64,000 nt of DNA, taken from NCBI GenBank assembly GCA_012295275.1, contig CM022670.1, positions 4,464,001 through 4,528,000 on the forward strand. The letters are read 5' to 3'. Made by a program: the position numbers and the translations under genes. Under the pieces are notes generated by a model. It had not been told where the DNA came from, made no database searches, and was given only the letters and a program-made list of their open reading frames with translations. Each line of letters starts with the position of its first letter. Position 1 is the first letter of the stretch. This document shows, in pieces, positions 27,565-41,482 of the stretch. The stretch is from Chrysomallon squamiferum. Lineage: Eukaryota > Animalia > Mollusca.

Positions 27565-28829
27565 TTTTTTTTTTTTTTTTATATCATTAGTATTATTATA
27601 AATATTATTCCTCGTAACAGCGGCAACCAGATCAGATTCTTTCTTCGTTTTTAAAAGATCCTACAAATCGTTGATTTCCAAAGTGGATAATGGCTTTCTT
27701 CATTTGTCTCAATTTATGGCAACTAATCCGTTAATTATTCAAAAGTAGGCTTTATTATAGTTATCTAGCGCGAGAGTGTACCGTTACAGTTCCAATTCAC
27801 CGTTACTTCAAAAATAAACGTACGAATTCAAAGACTTCTGTAATTTGTTACATTATCTCGAGCGAGTTAATGTTGGTTTTACTTAGAAACAAAACGCCGA
27901 GAATTAGTGTGCATTTGCATAGGATAATGAAACGCTGAAAGCAGAACATAACGTAATCGTTAGAAGAAAGAAAAATTGGGTTACTGGATTCAGAATAACG
28001 GTTAGAACTGTGATACTTGCGTTTGGATTATTTACTTTTATTCTTAGTTATTAAGAAGTAAAATGAAATGTAATAATACACTTAGACACGAAGGTATTCT
28101 CCCGTGTCCGAATTAACCATGTCAAGATAAAAGAGTTAAAAAACCATTGCGTTAGCGATTAAGTGAAAATTTAGATTTCCAGTAAGAGTAAAAGAGAGAA
28201 GACTTGGACAGAGGTAATATGCGATACATTAGATTTCTGTACTTATATCTCAATAACCAGACACTCCATACACGGAAGAAAAGAAAACTGAATCAAATGG
28301 GGAGAAAGACAAGGAGAAACAGACAGAAATTTGAAACAAAAACGAGAAACAGCCACTAACTTACAAGTTATGAAGTCGATAAATAAATTGTTGAAATTAA
28401 TGAATAACGTAATTAAATATTAAGTAAATAAATATATAAATAAATAAAAAAGAATTTACACTGACATTCTCTTCTCAGGATTTTCTTACGTCTTTTTCTA
28501 TGTTTTAAAATTTTATTTCTTGTTTTTACCGTGTGAAAGTCACAGCATTAGAATCTGTACTGCAATCAGTGTTAAATTAAACAAAGCATTCTGAGTCATC
28601 TTAGTGGTCTTATAAAATTTGACATTTCAGTGTATAATAATTTAATAGTGTGTTGAGTGCATAAATGTTCTCTTATTTTTCTACATCTGTCTGTCTATCT
28701 GTGTGTGTGAGCGTTCACGTGTGTGTGCATGTGTACGAGCGCATATATATGTGTTTGTGTCTGTGTGTGTGTTTGTGTGTGTACGAGCGCATATATATAT
28801 ATATGTATGTGTGTGTGTATATATATGTA

Positions 28830-28879
<50 letters not shown>

Positions 28880-29365
28880 TGTAATCCTTATTTCCTTTTT
28901 TTTGTTTTATTTTGGTTATTTTTATGGTTTGTTTCTTATTTTGTTTCGTTATTTTTGTCCCCATCTTTTTTCTGTACGGACAAAATCAAACAAGCATGAA
29001 ACAAGTACACGGTAACCGATTCTTCTGCGCTATCATCGGCATGTCGAACTTTTGTCAACAAATGATCTCTTCAGCGCTGTTCTCGGATGAAAAATCACCG
29101 ATCTAATGATAACGAATCGACAAGCTGTGTAAAAAATGTTCGACAAGTTTTAGTTCGGTAGATCTATTTGTTCACATACATCAAAATATTGACCTTTATT
29201 TGATGTTTAAAGAAACTGGTGTTTACGTTTCAACAAATTAGAGTCGATCTTTCGCCCTATCTATCATCTATAAGAATCATTTTTGTTTCTTCTTCTTCTT
29301 CTTTTTTTTCTTTTTTACTTTTTTAAATACTTTTTATCTTTATCACTTTTTTAAAAAATTTTATT

Positions 29366-29432
<67 letters not shown>

Positions 29433-30402
29433 TAAGGATATAGGATCTGAATTCGATGGAATGTGTAGTGCTAGTATTTTGAGATAACTGAACATTTTTT
29501 TGTTATTAGATGCTGAAATTTGGAAATAGTAGCTAACAAGGAATGTTGCATATATTTGGAAACAGTATATGAAATACCAAAAAGCTTTTAGGCAGAAATT
29601 TGCAAAGTGCTGGTGGTAACAATGGTGATGAATGCAATAACAGAAGTAGTTATTTTTGGAGCTGTAATTTTAGTAATGCTTGTAGCATTTGTACTAGCAT
29701 CAGGACCAACAAATGTCGTGGTACTGGTAGAAGTTACAGCAGTAGGTGGAGTAACTCATGTTGTTGTTGTTGATGATGAATATGAAATATTAATGACAGG
29801 GAAAAAGGAAGAACAAAAATATTTATTATTTTAACTTTATTTAAAAGCTCTTATTTAAAATTACATAAAACAAAACAATTAAAACGCATTTTGAGTGATA
29901 GGTGCACTAATAAAATGGGATTGTTAGTCTAGCTTTATCAAGGTATTGTTGTTTTTAACAGAGCTTAATCATAACAGTATTTCCAATCAATAAGTAATCA
30001 CGAAAGCTCATTAATTTTGTTTTGTTTTGTTTTTGTTTCTGTTTTATTTTCTTCTTTTCTGCTTCAGATTCTAAACCCATAATTTATATCTTGCGCAACA
30101 AATCTCGGAATCTTATTTAATCAGTTTAATTTGGATGAATGTTAAAGTTTCGCATTTCATCATAAAATTGTTTTGGTGAAATAAAAATTTCTCACATGAT
30201 TATTTTGATCCCCTCTCTCTCTCTCTTTCTTTAATACCGCAATACCCTTTTTAATTTGGTTTTGCAGTTGATCGAAAATTGTCAGTTGTCAAACGACCAT
30301 AAACCTTGTAGAAGTTAATTTTAAAAGTGCCAGTGGAATAGCGTTTCAGACCCTCTGCCAGGGTTGTGAACTGTTACTCGTGTAATGAGAGTCCGCATAT
30401 GT

Positions 30403-30625
<223 letters not shown>

Positions 30626-32289
30626 TGTAACAGTTAAATGATAATCATATGAATCATCGCAAGTTTAAAACGTCTGAATCATTAGCCAGGAATTATCTGT
30701 GTCATTAAGCAGAAACCATCTAGGATTTCAACATTAGAAAGTATTACGTACGTAGGCGTACAGATCCGTTATCATTCTCGTACAATGGAGTAGACTTGGA
30801 GAAATTTATGTTCGCGGTATCGCTAAACGAACATCCTTTTTCCTTCCTGACATGTGCCACCACGAGATTACTGCGATCTTCGGTTTACAAATAGAAAGCA
30901 ATTCACGATCGCTTTCAAAAACCCATTTTTCTTACATCGATAAATCTTTATCGCTAGGCTCATCAAAGAGCAATTAAACATTTCTCGTAATCTCTGCACG
31001 GGGTGAAATGTAAATATACATTCAACAGATTTTTTTCTTTCCTTCTTTATTTTAGTTTTTTTTTTTTTTTTTTTTCTCAGACAGTTTTTAAGAAAGATTA
31101 ATTTTTTTCTTCTTCGTGTGTCTCTTAGAACAGCGAGTATTTTGTCGCAGACTTGTCACTGATTGTTAATTCATAATTGAACACATCATTCCTGCATGCG
31201 AAGCCTGTGGCGCAATTACCCTGTTGTGCGGCGAAATTAAACAAATGGATCTCAGGAAATTACTAAAAACACGAGATAATGCCGCTGTATGTTTCATTTA
31301 AAAAAAAAGAAGAAGAAGAAGAAGAAAGAACGCGTGTCAGGGAAATGGGTTTTTTTGTTTTGTCATTCTTCGAGTGGCATTACTCAAAAAAAGATCCATC
31401 CGCGGTACGTAAAACCCGCATTTATTAAAAAAATTAAAATAAAAAAAATCTTTGTTTGAAGAATTCGTTTTTGATAGCTAAATTGATCTCCTTCATCAGA
31501 AAATAAATAATACCGGGTTTTTTGGCATAATCCTTTTTTTTTTTTTTTTTTTTCTTTAAAAAAAAACACACAATTGTAACGAGTGTATCTACATTTATCG
31601 AGAAGCAGGAAAGACAAGAGCGAGTGAGGAGAATGGAAGGTTGTCAGCGAACACAATGCCAACAAATTGTTATTGAACGTCACAACATAGCCCCGAGTTA
31701 TACGACATAGATTTTCTTCGAGTCCCGAGCGCCATGATGGTTATTGAGAAAATATGTTGTGCATTATTCGTTTAATTAATTCATTGATTTTAACCTCTGC
31801 GTCCATAATATTTTTCTAATAGATTTTCATAAGGTTGACCTGTTGTTTCCGCGGGTCGTCTCAATTTTCGTTTCGTTACTTCGTTTCTGACAATGCAACA
31901 AAAAGAGCGTAAAAATGAATCGTTTCACAAATTCGAGGATCACGCTGTGATTACTTAAGTGGCGTAATCGAGATCAGCACAAATGAATATATAATTTAAC
32001 GTATTCTAAATTCAGAAGACTTCATTGTTATTGCATTATTAGCTAAGGAGAGAAATCGAGAGAAATTTAGATAAAATCTGTTTGTTGATTGTTAGTGGGT
32101 GTTTATACTGACACCTCTTTGATAATTTTTGCGACAAAACCAAAAGATGATACATTTCAAAAGTGATACCAGAATTACCAAATTATACCCAAATAGGAAA
32201 ATCGAGAGTATGGGGAGAAAAAGAAAAAATAATCTCTTTAACGACCCAGTCAACACTTTCTTCAATCTACGATTGTACGGTATCATACC

Positions 32290-32328
<39 letters not shown>

Positions 32329-33423
32329 TGTTATTATTATTGTTGTTATTATTGTTATTATTATTAGTTATTATTATTGTTATTATTATTATTATTATTG
32401 TTATTGTTATTATTATTATTGTTATTGTTATTGTTATTTTTGTTATTATTATTATGATTATTATTATTATTATTTAAGATTCTCTTTAAGATTCTCTTTA
32501 TAAAACTATGAAGCACATTACATAATTATAAAACTTTCTTCTCTTTTGCTTTATTTCATTTACGAAATAATTCCGTTATTTAATGTTTTAATTATCAAAA
32601 GTAAATAATGATTGTTATTCTTTTACTTAGATAAACCTATGAATCTATATATAGCTATCACTCTGTATATCTCTCTATCTACTACACTATGAATATACCG
32701 CCAGTATGTGTATTTATCTGTATTTCTGACTGGTCATCCTAACTGTATAATCCATACATCAGCCAGTAAATTTATCTCTAGCTATTCTTAATACACAATG
32801 AGAATAGCACAGGGATGCATATCAGTACTTATGTATAAATATCGTACTTACACACACCAGTAGACCTATAGGAAAGCCTTATTTAAATTCATAACCACTT
32901 CATAAAAATATCAGCGATAAATAAAAGGAAATGGTTCCGCGCTTTACAGACATAACCTTTTTATCGATCCTTCTATTGCAGTGTTCAACATTATCGTGTA
33001 GATAACGGTTACATTTCCTAATATTTGTGTCATGAGCAAGAGCGTTAAATATCATGTGTCGATCAACATCCTAACACTTCTTTAGCCGTGTCAAAAGTCG
33101 CGTAATCACATTTAAATCTGACATTAGGATAGCAATAAAACTAAACAATAACAGACATACCACCTTCATATTACTATAAATTTTAAAATAAAACTACACT
33201 AATTCACGTTTGTTTAAGCGTAAACGATTGTAGTGAAAATGAACTGTTAACAGTGAACAGGGAAAAAAAATGATATCACTCGAGAAAAAAGAAAAAAAGA
33301 AAAGAAAACAGTACACGTATTCAATCGATCGAGACGAAACAAATAGCTGTTACCAATCGGAAACTGAGAAAATTAAAACCTGACATGAAATACGACAGAC
33401 GTACGCACACACACTGTACTCAC

Positions 33424-33680
33424 CTCGTTCCTCAATGCTCTGGCTCTGCAGTGAATCGTTTTCGTCCAAGCACATGTAAGTTATTAAGACGTGGAAGTAA
33501 AAAATAAGAATTATAACGGTTCTCTTCCGACGAGTCCGGAATGTAAACGCTCGGCGAGTCACGCAAAGACAATTGTCCACGTGCTTCTGTCGCTGTTATC
33601 GACGAGTTGACAAACATTATCGTAATGTGGAAATAATCAGCCAACCACAGGCTGGCGTCCCAGCTGATTGGCGGCTACGA
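33424..33680 (-). promoter_or_regulatory. Candidate promoter and non-coding first exon (possibly of the protocadherin)
   Basis: Strong donor GAG|GTGAGT at 33423; NF-Y-type GCCAATCAG (ATTGG 33667-33671); E-box CACGTG 33578-33583; locally GC/CpG-rich. Confidence 0.4.
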
Positions 33681-34213
33681 ATACGAAAACTGACGACGAC
33701 GAAGAAGAAGAAGAAGAAGAAAAAAAAATGATGTTAATGAATTTACTTGTTCTCTTTAGCTGGCGTAGTTTGAATAATGACCAAACAGAATGGATTACCT
33801 GACCGACACATTGTCCACTAAGTTGTCGTTAATCACTAGCCACAGGGCGACCTGATTTCTTAGTTGTCGAAACAAATTTGATTAACCGGCTGGCCTTTTG
33901 CGCTGCTCTCTGGCATTCCTGTTCTGTCGCAGAAAGCAGCAGCAGCAGCAACAGCAGCAACAAGGCGACTGGTGCCGCTGAGTGCATCTTACGTCGTAAC
34001 ACTTGCTCTGTGTGAACTGAGGCAGTTTATAGTTTTACTGGGCACGTCAGGAACTGACAGCTTGCTCTATGAAATTCGACCATGGTGACGCCAGCCTGAA
34101 CTTTAGTTTTCTTTCTTTTTATTCTCATTTTATTTATTTATTTATTTATTTATTTATTATTTACTTATTTATTTATTCATTCATTCATTTATTATTTCCT
34201 TATTTAGTTCTGT

Positions 34214-34308
<95 letters not shown>

Positions 34309-34636
34309 CTCCCTATCTCTATCACTAATCTACTCTTAATTACACATACATATACATACATACTACGTTTGATATTTCACATCTTCAATTAATATAGAGG
34401 TACGGGAGGTTCTGGTGATTCAAACTGAGTAACAAAACATCCTCATTCATCAGACAAACTGGAAGATATTCGAGTGCTTGTTTGTGTGTGCGTGTGTGTG
34501 CGTGTGTGCCTGTGCATATATATACACAGAGAATTACAATTACTGCTTCTGTTATTCTATATTAATTTATTATCAGTAGTAGTAGTAAAAATTGATTTAC
34601 ATTTATTTGTTAAAAAACTGGATGAAAGAAAATATT

Positions 34637-34755
34637 TGTCAGAAGTGGGATTTGAACCCACGCCCACATTCGTGGACCAGAACACTCGTTCACATTTAAC
34701 ACGTGAAGGTCAGAAACCTTGAGTCTGGCGCCTTAGACCACTCGGCCATCCTGAC
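34637..34755 (-). tRNA. trnL-CAA: tRNA-Leu(CAA) with 35-nt intron (class A)
   Basis: Identical exons; intron GTTTCTGACCTTCACGTGTTAAATGTGAACGAGTG (2 differences from the 4142 copy); T-run downstream. Confidence 0.97.
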
Positions 34756-35016
34756 ATGAGAATCGTATGTGAAATAAATGTATAGGAATAAATGCTGATG
34801 ATTTTATTTAATACCATAGCTTATGTCATTAAATTTTGTTTATTCATTCCCTCTTTCTTTCTCCGTCCATCTAAACTATTACTACTATTAGCCTAAATTA
34901 TAATTCTAATTATTATTATGTGATTTATTACGGACACACTAACTGCCAACAGGAAATACTTAGATGTATTTATCAGAAACATTCTGAACCAGTAGTAGTA
35001 GTAAAATAATAGTAAC

Positions 35017-35101
<85 letters not shown>

Positions 35102-35180
35102 TAATAATAATAATAATGTATTATTTCAGATAATGTTTTGAAATAAAGATGTAAACAATAAAAACAAAAACAAAAACATT

Positions 35181-35298
35181 TGTCAGAAGTGGGATTTGAA
35201 CCCACGCCCACATTCGTGGACCAGAACACTCGATCACGTTTAACGCGTAAAGCTGTATGCCTTGAGTCTGGCGCCTTAGACCACTCGGCCATCCTGAC
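35181..35298 (-). tRNA. trnL-CAA: tRNA-Leu(CAA) with 34-nt intron (class B)
   Basis: Identical exons; intron GCATACAGCTTTACGCGTTAAACGTGATCGAGTG (1 difference from the 27191 copy); TTTTT downstream. Confidence 0.97.
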
Positions 35299-35521
35299 AT
35301 GATAGATGAAATATGAAATAAATGTATTCGAGTAAACAGTGATAACTTTATGTAATACTCGTTATTATGTACGTCATTTCGTCATTTATCTACTCATCCC
35401 CTCAACGTCCGAATATACAACTACTGCTACTATCACAATGACAATAACAACAATAATAACATTAATGATAGTAATAAGAACAATAATATTAATAACTGTA
35501 ATAGTAGTAGTAGTAGTAGTA

Positions 35522-35570
<49 letters not shown>

Positions 35571-36815
35571 TAATAATAATAATAATAAATAGTTCGATTC
35601 TATTACGAAAAATCTATCATTCTATGTCGCAGGTTTTTGAAATAAACATTTTGCAAAATAGTTTAATGGGAATTTCAAGTTTATAATTTAGATTGTTTTG
35701 TTGTTTTTTTGTTGTTGGTTTTTTTCGGGAGGGGGAGGAATATTTACGTTTCGTTTTTCTTATTTGTTTGCTTCATTAATTTTTCTATTCATTATTTTTC
35801 TTTTCCTCATTGGTTTCTTCCTGTTCATTATTTCGTGGTCACTGAAGATTATAGGAACAAAGTCTGTTTTGTTGTTATAACAAATTACCATCAATATTTC
35901 ATATTAAAACACAAAAAAAAAAAAAAAAAAAAAATAAAAAAAAATTAAAACTATTTTAAAAACATTGACACGAGAGAAACAATAACATTTACTCGATAAT
36001 TCGCTTTATCGGAATAACTGCATTACATTCGTGAACATCTAACACAAACAAAAGACACTTCTCCGAATTATACATTATTAATTTGCCCTCGACAGAGTGC
36101 AATGGCGCCGACTCCATTGTGACTGAGGAAGACGTCATTTAGCGAGCGTGACTTTCCACAATTCTAACACCAGCTCCCCACATTCACTGTCCACTTCTTA
36201 AGTACCACTTGAAGCAGCAAAAACGACGGTGCGAATGTTAAGTGATTTTATTTTTAATCTCCCCGTAAGCAGTTCAAAGAACCGAACTGCAGGGCGAGGC
36301 GTCCCGAAAGCCAAAACTTGTTATTATTTTAACGACGTTTAGTTTGATTCAGGCGCTTGAGAACGAAGCAGAAGCATGAGATGTAGATGCAAAAATGTCT
36401 TCTCCCAGTTAGTGACTTACATCTATCCGTTAACAAAAACATTTTTTCATTCCTCAAAGCGTTTAGGGTCGCGCAGGAGTGTATCGGTTGATTTTAGTTT
36501 AAGAACATATACGACAACGACAACGTTTGCTTGTTGCAGTCTAAAGTAAACGAAACGCGTGGTTGTGAGAATGTTAATGTACCCTGCGATGTAGGGAAGT
36601 CCTTTGTACAAAAATCTCTAACACGAAAATCAGAAATAAATGTAGGTGTTTTGTGAAGAATCATTTTTCAAGTGATGCCGTTAATAAATAGAATAAAATT
36701 TTGTTCCTTGTTCACACCCACACATACAACAATACCCACCCACACAAATACACACATACATCTGAACAAGAAACAATATATAATAAATATTTATGTGAGC
36801 GTGTATGTGTGTGTC

Positions 36816-36927
<112 letters not shown>

Positions 36928-37247
36928 AAAAAAGATAGATAAAGCAATATAAAGAAGGAAAAAAGATTTAAAATTTCGTGTTTATAATTATGATTCGAAC
37001 TTTGTGTAAACTGACATATTAATAGATTTATTATTCTATAATCGGGTAATGAGTAGTGAAAACACCACACATCAAATGCGTGGCCGTGTTTCCTGGTCAT
37101 GTTTTCTGACTCAGGATTAGCCAGTATTGACCGCCCCACTTATTATAACAGTCAGTGTTTGTACTACCGGAAAGAAACAATCACTATTAATCAATACGTT
37201 TCATATACCTGCAAGTATTTTCTTTTTGTTAATCATTAGAGTCCTAA

Positions 37248-37351
<104 letters not shown>

Positions 37352-38328
37352 TCCATATCTATATATATATATGTGTGTGTGTATACGTGTATATATATAT
37401 ATATATAAAATAAAATAAATAAATAAATAATATATTGGAGAATATATAAAAATGATATAAAAATAATTATAATAAAATGAAAGTATGTGACTAAACAAAT
37501 ACATGCATTAAGAAGACTTGTAAAATAATTTTACTAATTTGTTCTTGAAGGTATCAGGAATAAAACTGAAGTCAACGGAAAACATGTATACACAGCTTGT
37601 ATTTGATAAATATAAAAAAAGAAAAAAGAAAACAGAACAAATCACGAAAACAAACAATTTTTGGCATAAAAGGGTCAGTTGACAATATATTTGCTGCACA
37701 CCATGTTGAATGTTAAATATTATTTTGCTTTCGTGAGTGAAAAAGAACTAGCGGGTATTGCTAAGAACGTAAGCCAAACGAAAATTCAGTCACTGAAACA
37801 GAAACAGATATAAGTGCACAAACACACGAAACCCATCAGTCTTCTACTGTGATATAACTGTTCACTTCTAGCATATAATTATATGTCTACAACTAGTAAA
37901 TTTCTGAAAAATGATGTATAGTAAATGTTAACAAGGCATCTAAGATGTATTATTCAACTTGTTTAATATTTTGTCTCTCTCTGTCTTTGTATGTCATTCT
38001 ATCAGTTAATTCAAAATTGAAATAAAAATAAAAAGTATATATAATTACTGTAGAGAAAGGAAACACAAACACAAACAAATGAAGCACTGTTTAATCTACG
38101 TTAAAGTGCAGTCTCAATCGTACAATGACTGGAAATTAATTCGAATCAGTATTGGTGTAAGTGGAGCGTTAAACAGTTGATCTACTCGAGGCGGCTCATC
38201 ACCTTGTTTTTTGAACAGAAATATTTTGTGATTTTCTAATAAATCACCTCTAGAGAAAAGAAAAATATTTATTGATTATTTTCCAAAAAAATTTTGTTTT
38301 GGGAGATACAAATATTGATAAGAAATAC

Positions 38329-38509
<181 letters not shown>

Positions 38510-38892
38510 TTACCTAAACCCTATGATTTTCCCATTCCTCTTAAAAGGTTTGACGTTATGAGGATTGTGATTATAGAACATAACTTCTGCCTGAGAGTAG
38601 GTGCCTGACACGTACATTATTTTCAAAAGTACTAGCTTTTTTTGGCCATTAACAATTACTTCTTTAACTGGAAAGAAATGACATAAAGTAACAACCAAAA
38701 AAAAAAAAAAAAAAAAAAAAAAGAGATAATATCTGTTTTAAAAGAAAGAAAAAAAACAACAATAGATAAACAAAAAAACATACCATAATATCTATTTATA
38801 TATGCACACATACATAAGTCAGATGTCAACTAATTTTTGTGGAATAAATAATATTAATTCAAGGAAGAGGCTGTGAAGGAATCAGATGCAAT

Positions 38893-40250
38893 GGAAGTAT
38901 TTCACATTCCAATGCGCAAGGGCCCGTTGCTCGGTAATTCGAGGACGCAGATGGCGAGATCTCGCGAGATCTCGCTAAAATAGCCGTACTTGCAAATTGG
39001 TGGGCAAAAGCAATCATTTTTGTAATGGGAGGCCCTGACCATTGTTCAGTTATTAACTGTTCCGATCGCATATCGGAAACATTGGGTAATCGCTTCACAT
39101 AGAAATGAAAAAGATTTTAATGTTACTGCATACACGAGGGTTTGCTCTGCACATTTTGTAGGTGGGAAGCCAGTGAACGACAAGAAACATGTGGACTATA
39201 TACCCACCCTGAATATGGGACGGGAAACTGTCACAACACCTTGGATATCAAAAAATGACAAATGAAATTAATGACATGGTTCAGATAACTACAGAGAACA
39301 ATAGTTTCAGTTATGTTCTTAATTATTCGGTCTACCTCAACTAGTTGAGGTGTTTGTTGTTTGGACTTAAAAATACTCAGTAGGGGTTGTACAAGTACGT
39401 AGGTGTTTGTGTGAGTATGTGAGTAAAGGTACAATCTTCAGTATAACAGTTATATGTTACTCCGAAATAAATGGTTTATTTAAAAAGTTTTGTTTAAAGC
39501 ATAAACTATATAATACTTGTGTGTGTTTGTACTAATTACACCTAACAATAAGTGTAAGTAGACAAGTCACTGGTTATTGCCTGTGTTTGTATTGCGCCTG
39601 TGGGGAATGGGCACATGCTATTTCTTGACCTGGACCTGAATTGTTTTGAGAGGTGGTTTTTTGATTACACTGTATGTATATGTACAGAAGCATACAGGCT
39701 CCCATTTCTGTAGGTGAGGGATGACAGGCCTTTTATGTATATTAATATTATGCTTATGTATACATACATACATAAAACAATTATATATACTGATTTTGAC
39801 ATGGGGGGGGTAATTACAATATTTATGCATGCATGTGTTTTCAGTAAACAAATTATATATATCCACTTGAGAAATATTTATAACTATTCAAATTTGTAAA
39901 CGCTCGTATGGAATCCCTGTCAGATGTTTTGTTTGTACTTTTTACTAAACAGTCTTTTAATCTGGCGTCATCAAAACATTCCGGGTACGAGACGCAGACT
40001 TTGTCCAAGTTGTTGCACTGCTTTTTAATTTGAACCACTCCGCTGTAAATGTCATTGGTCCGTTTTCTACCGCCATTTTACCATCTGGTTCGAAACATGT
40101 ACATGTTAGCAGCCAAACTGTAAATCTCCTCTGAAGCTACTCATGTCGCTCATAACAACCTGTCAGTTTGTAAATAGACCAGTTTCAGTATAGTCTGTCA
40201 AGGGACGTTACTCTTCGCGCGCATGCGCAATAGGAATGTGAAATACGTCT
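38893..40250. mobile_element. Decayed, internally deleted ISL2EU-like (PIF/Harbinger-related) DNA transposon
   Basis: TIRs GGAAGTATTTCACATTCC vs AGACGTATTTCACATTCC (16/18, extending to about 30 bp), with AT on both sides (38891-92, 40251-52). Plus-strand THAP remnant (CSVINC...W...RVCSAHFVGGKP...DYIPTL). Convergent minus-strand remnant SIRAFTNLNSYKYFSSGYI...GQEIACAH resembles the N-terminus/SWIM region of the accessory exonuclease ORF. Confidence 0.75.
39025..39264 (+). pseudogene. THAP zinc-finger remnant of the transposase (frameshifted/deleted)
   Basis: ATG 39025 gives MGGPDHCSVINCSDR; after a frame change near 39070-39074 it reads RKHWVIASHRNEKDFNVTAYTRVCSAHFVGGKPVNDKKHVDYIPTLNMG. C2CH signature present, central FP segment missing. 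Confidence 0.8.
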
Positions 40251-40252
40251 AT

Positions 40253-40460
40253 TGGTTCGATGGATTAATAGTTATAAAATCTGATTGTATCCCTAAATCC
40301 ACTTGTTTATAGCACAGATGGATGGTGTGTAGTCTCCTGTCTGTGGGAAGGTAAATGTAAAGGAACCCTTCCTGCTAACAGAACATTAATAGCTGGTAGC
40401 ATGAGCGCATCATGTTTCACCTTTCACTATATATTTGTTCAGTACATCATTAAATTTAAC
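40253..40460 (+). mobile_element. Degenerate SINE fragment, Nin/Deu-domain-like
   Basis: ATGGTGTGTAGTCTCCTGTCTGTGGGAAGGTAAATGTAAAGGAACCCTTCCTGCTAA resembles the recalled Nin/Deu core (GGTATGTGCTATCCTGTCTGTGGGATGGTGCATATAAAAGATCCCTTGCTGCTAA). Family name from memory, not searched. Confidence 0.55.
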
Positions 40461-40890
40461 TCGAGATAATCCTAAATATTGCACAGAATAAACTAATCGA
40501 CTTACGTACGTTCATAGTACTAAACAAAATAAGATTTTCTACTTTCCGGGCTTAAATTATGGCACTAGTGTGTCATGATAGTGTTAATTGTCTCAGTGAA
40601 AAGGTGGATCTACGAGTATCGGAGAGGATCGTTTACAGAGTACAAAACAAGAAATAAACTTAAGTCACTATACTGTGGCGATATGAAAAACGTACTCATG
40701 CGATACCTGATCTATCTGTGCTGTAGTTAGGCTTGCCAGTTGTTAATATCTAATGCATTTTTGTTACCTCTTTAATCTTTTTTATTTCAACCATATTTTT
40801 AATTTTATTTTTAAGTTAACAGTTATACACTTGGTAACTTTGTAATTAATCTTATTGCCTTTGTAAGTAATGCAATTTTACAAAATCTAC

Positions 40891-41086
40891 CTTTCACAAC
40901 TGAACGCCTTTCCCTTTGTGTTTTGTTCTCGTTCTCGCTATTTTCTTTGTATTCCGAACTTCGTTTTTCGTTGACTGCTCGCGTTGAACTATCCCGAGGC
41001 TTGTCATCTGTTCCAGGTAGTTCGGCTTCAGCCCAAGTAACAACAGCAAGCGCAACACACAGGGTGAAGAGATTCTTCTTCGACAT
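40891..41086 (-). CDS. Putative coding exon of a small secreted prepropeptide (signal peptide + KR and RERR cleavage sites)
   Basis: MSKKNLFTLCVALAVVTWAEA-ELPGTDDKPRDSSTRAVNEKRSSEYKENSENENKTQRERRSVVK. Basic n-region, hydrophobic h-region and AEA cleavage motif. Flanked by acceptor TTTTTTTTACGATCAG|CAG|A-ATG and donor AAA G|GTAGAT (phase 1). Non-repetitive island between AT-rich and simple-repeat tracts. Confidence 0.65.
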
Positions 41087-41270
41087 TCTGCTGATCGTAA
41101 AAAAAACACCAGAATTGTTACAAAACCCAGAATCTCAATCCCTTGTGAATCAGTTCGACATTATTACTACTATGACTACCATTAGCACAACTACTAACAG
41201 TTTCAATATCAGTATTAGTAATAATACAGTTATTATTACTACTACCACTACTGCAACTGCTTTTACTACG

Positions 41271-41301
<31 letters not shown>

Positions 41302-41409
41302 TCACTGCTATTATAACTTCTGTCGCCAATATTAGTAAAGAGTACAATATCAAAAAAGCGACTGCAATAATAATAATAAAAGTAATAATAAAAATAATAA
41401 TAATTATAA

Positions 41410-41482
<73 letters not shown>

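Noticed and set aside
29607-29834. Val-rich TM-like ORF / antisense mucin-like stretch
   Set aside because: Decayed trinucleotide repeat; stop in the Thr-rich frame; no splice support.
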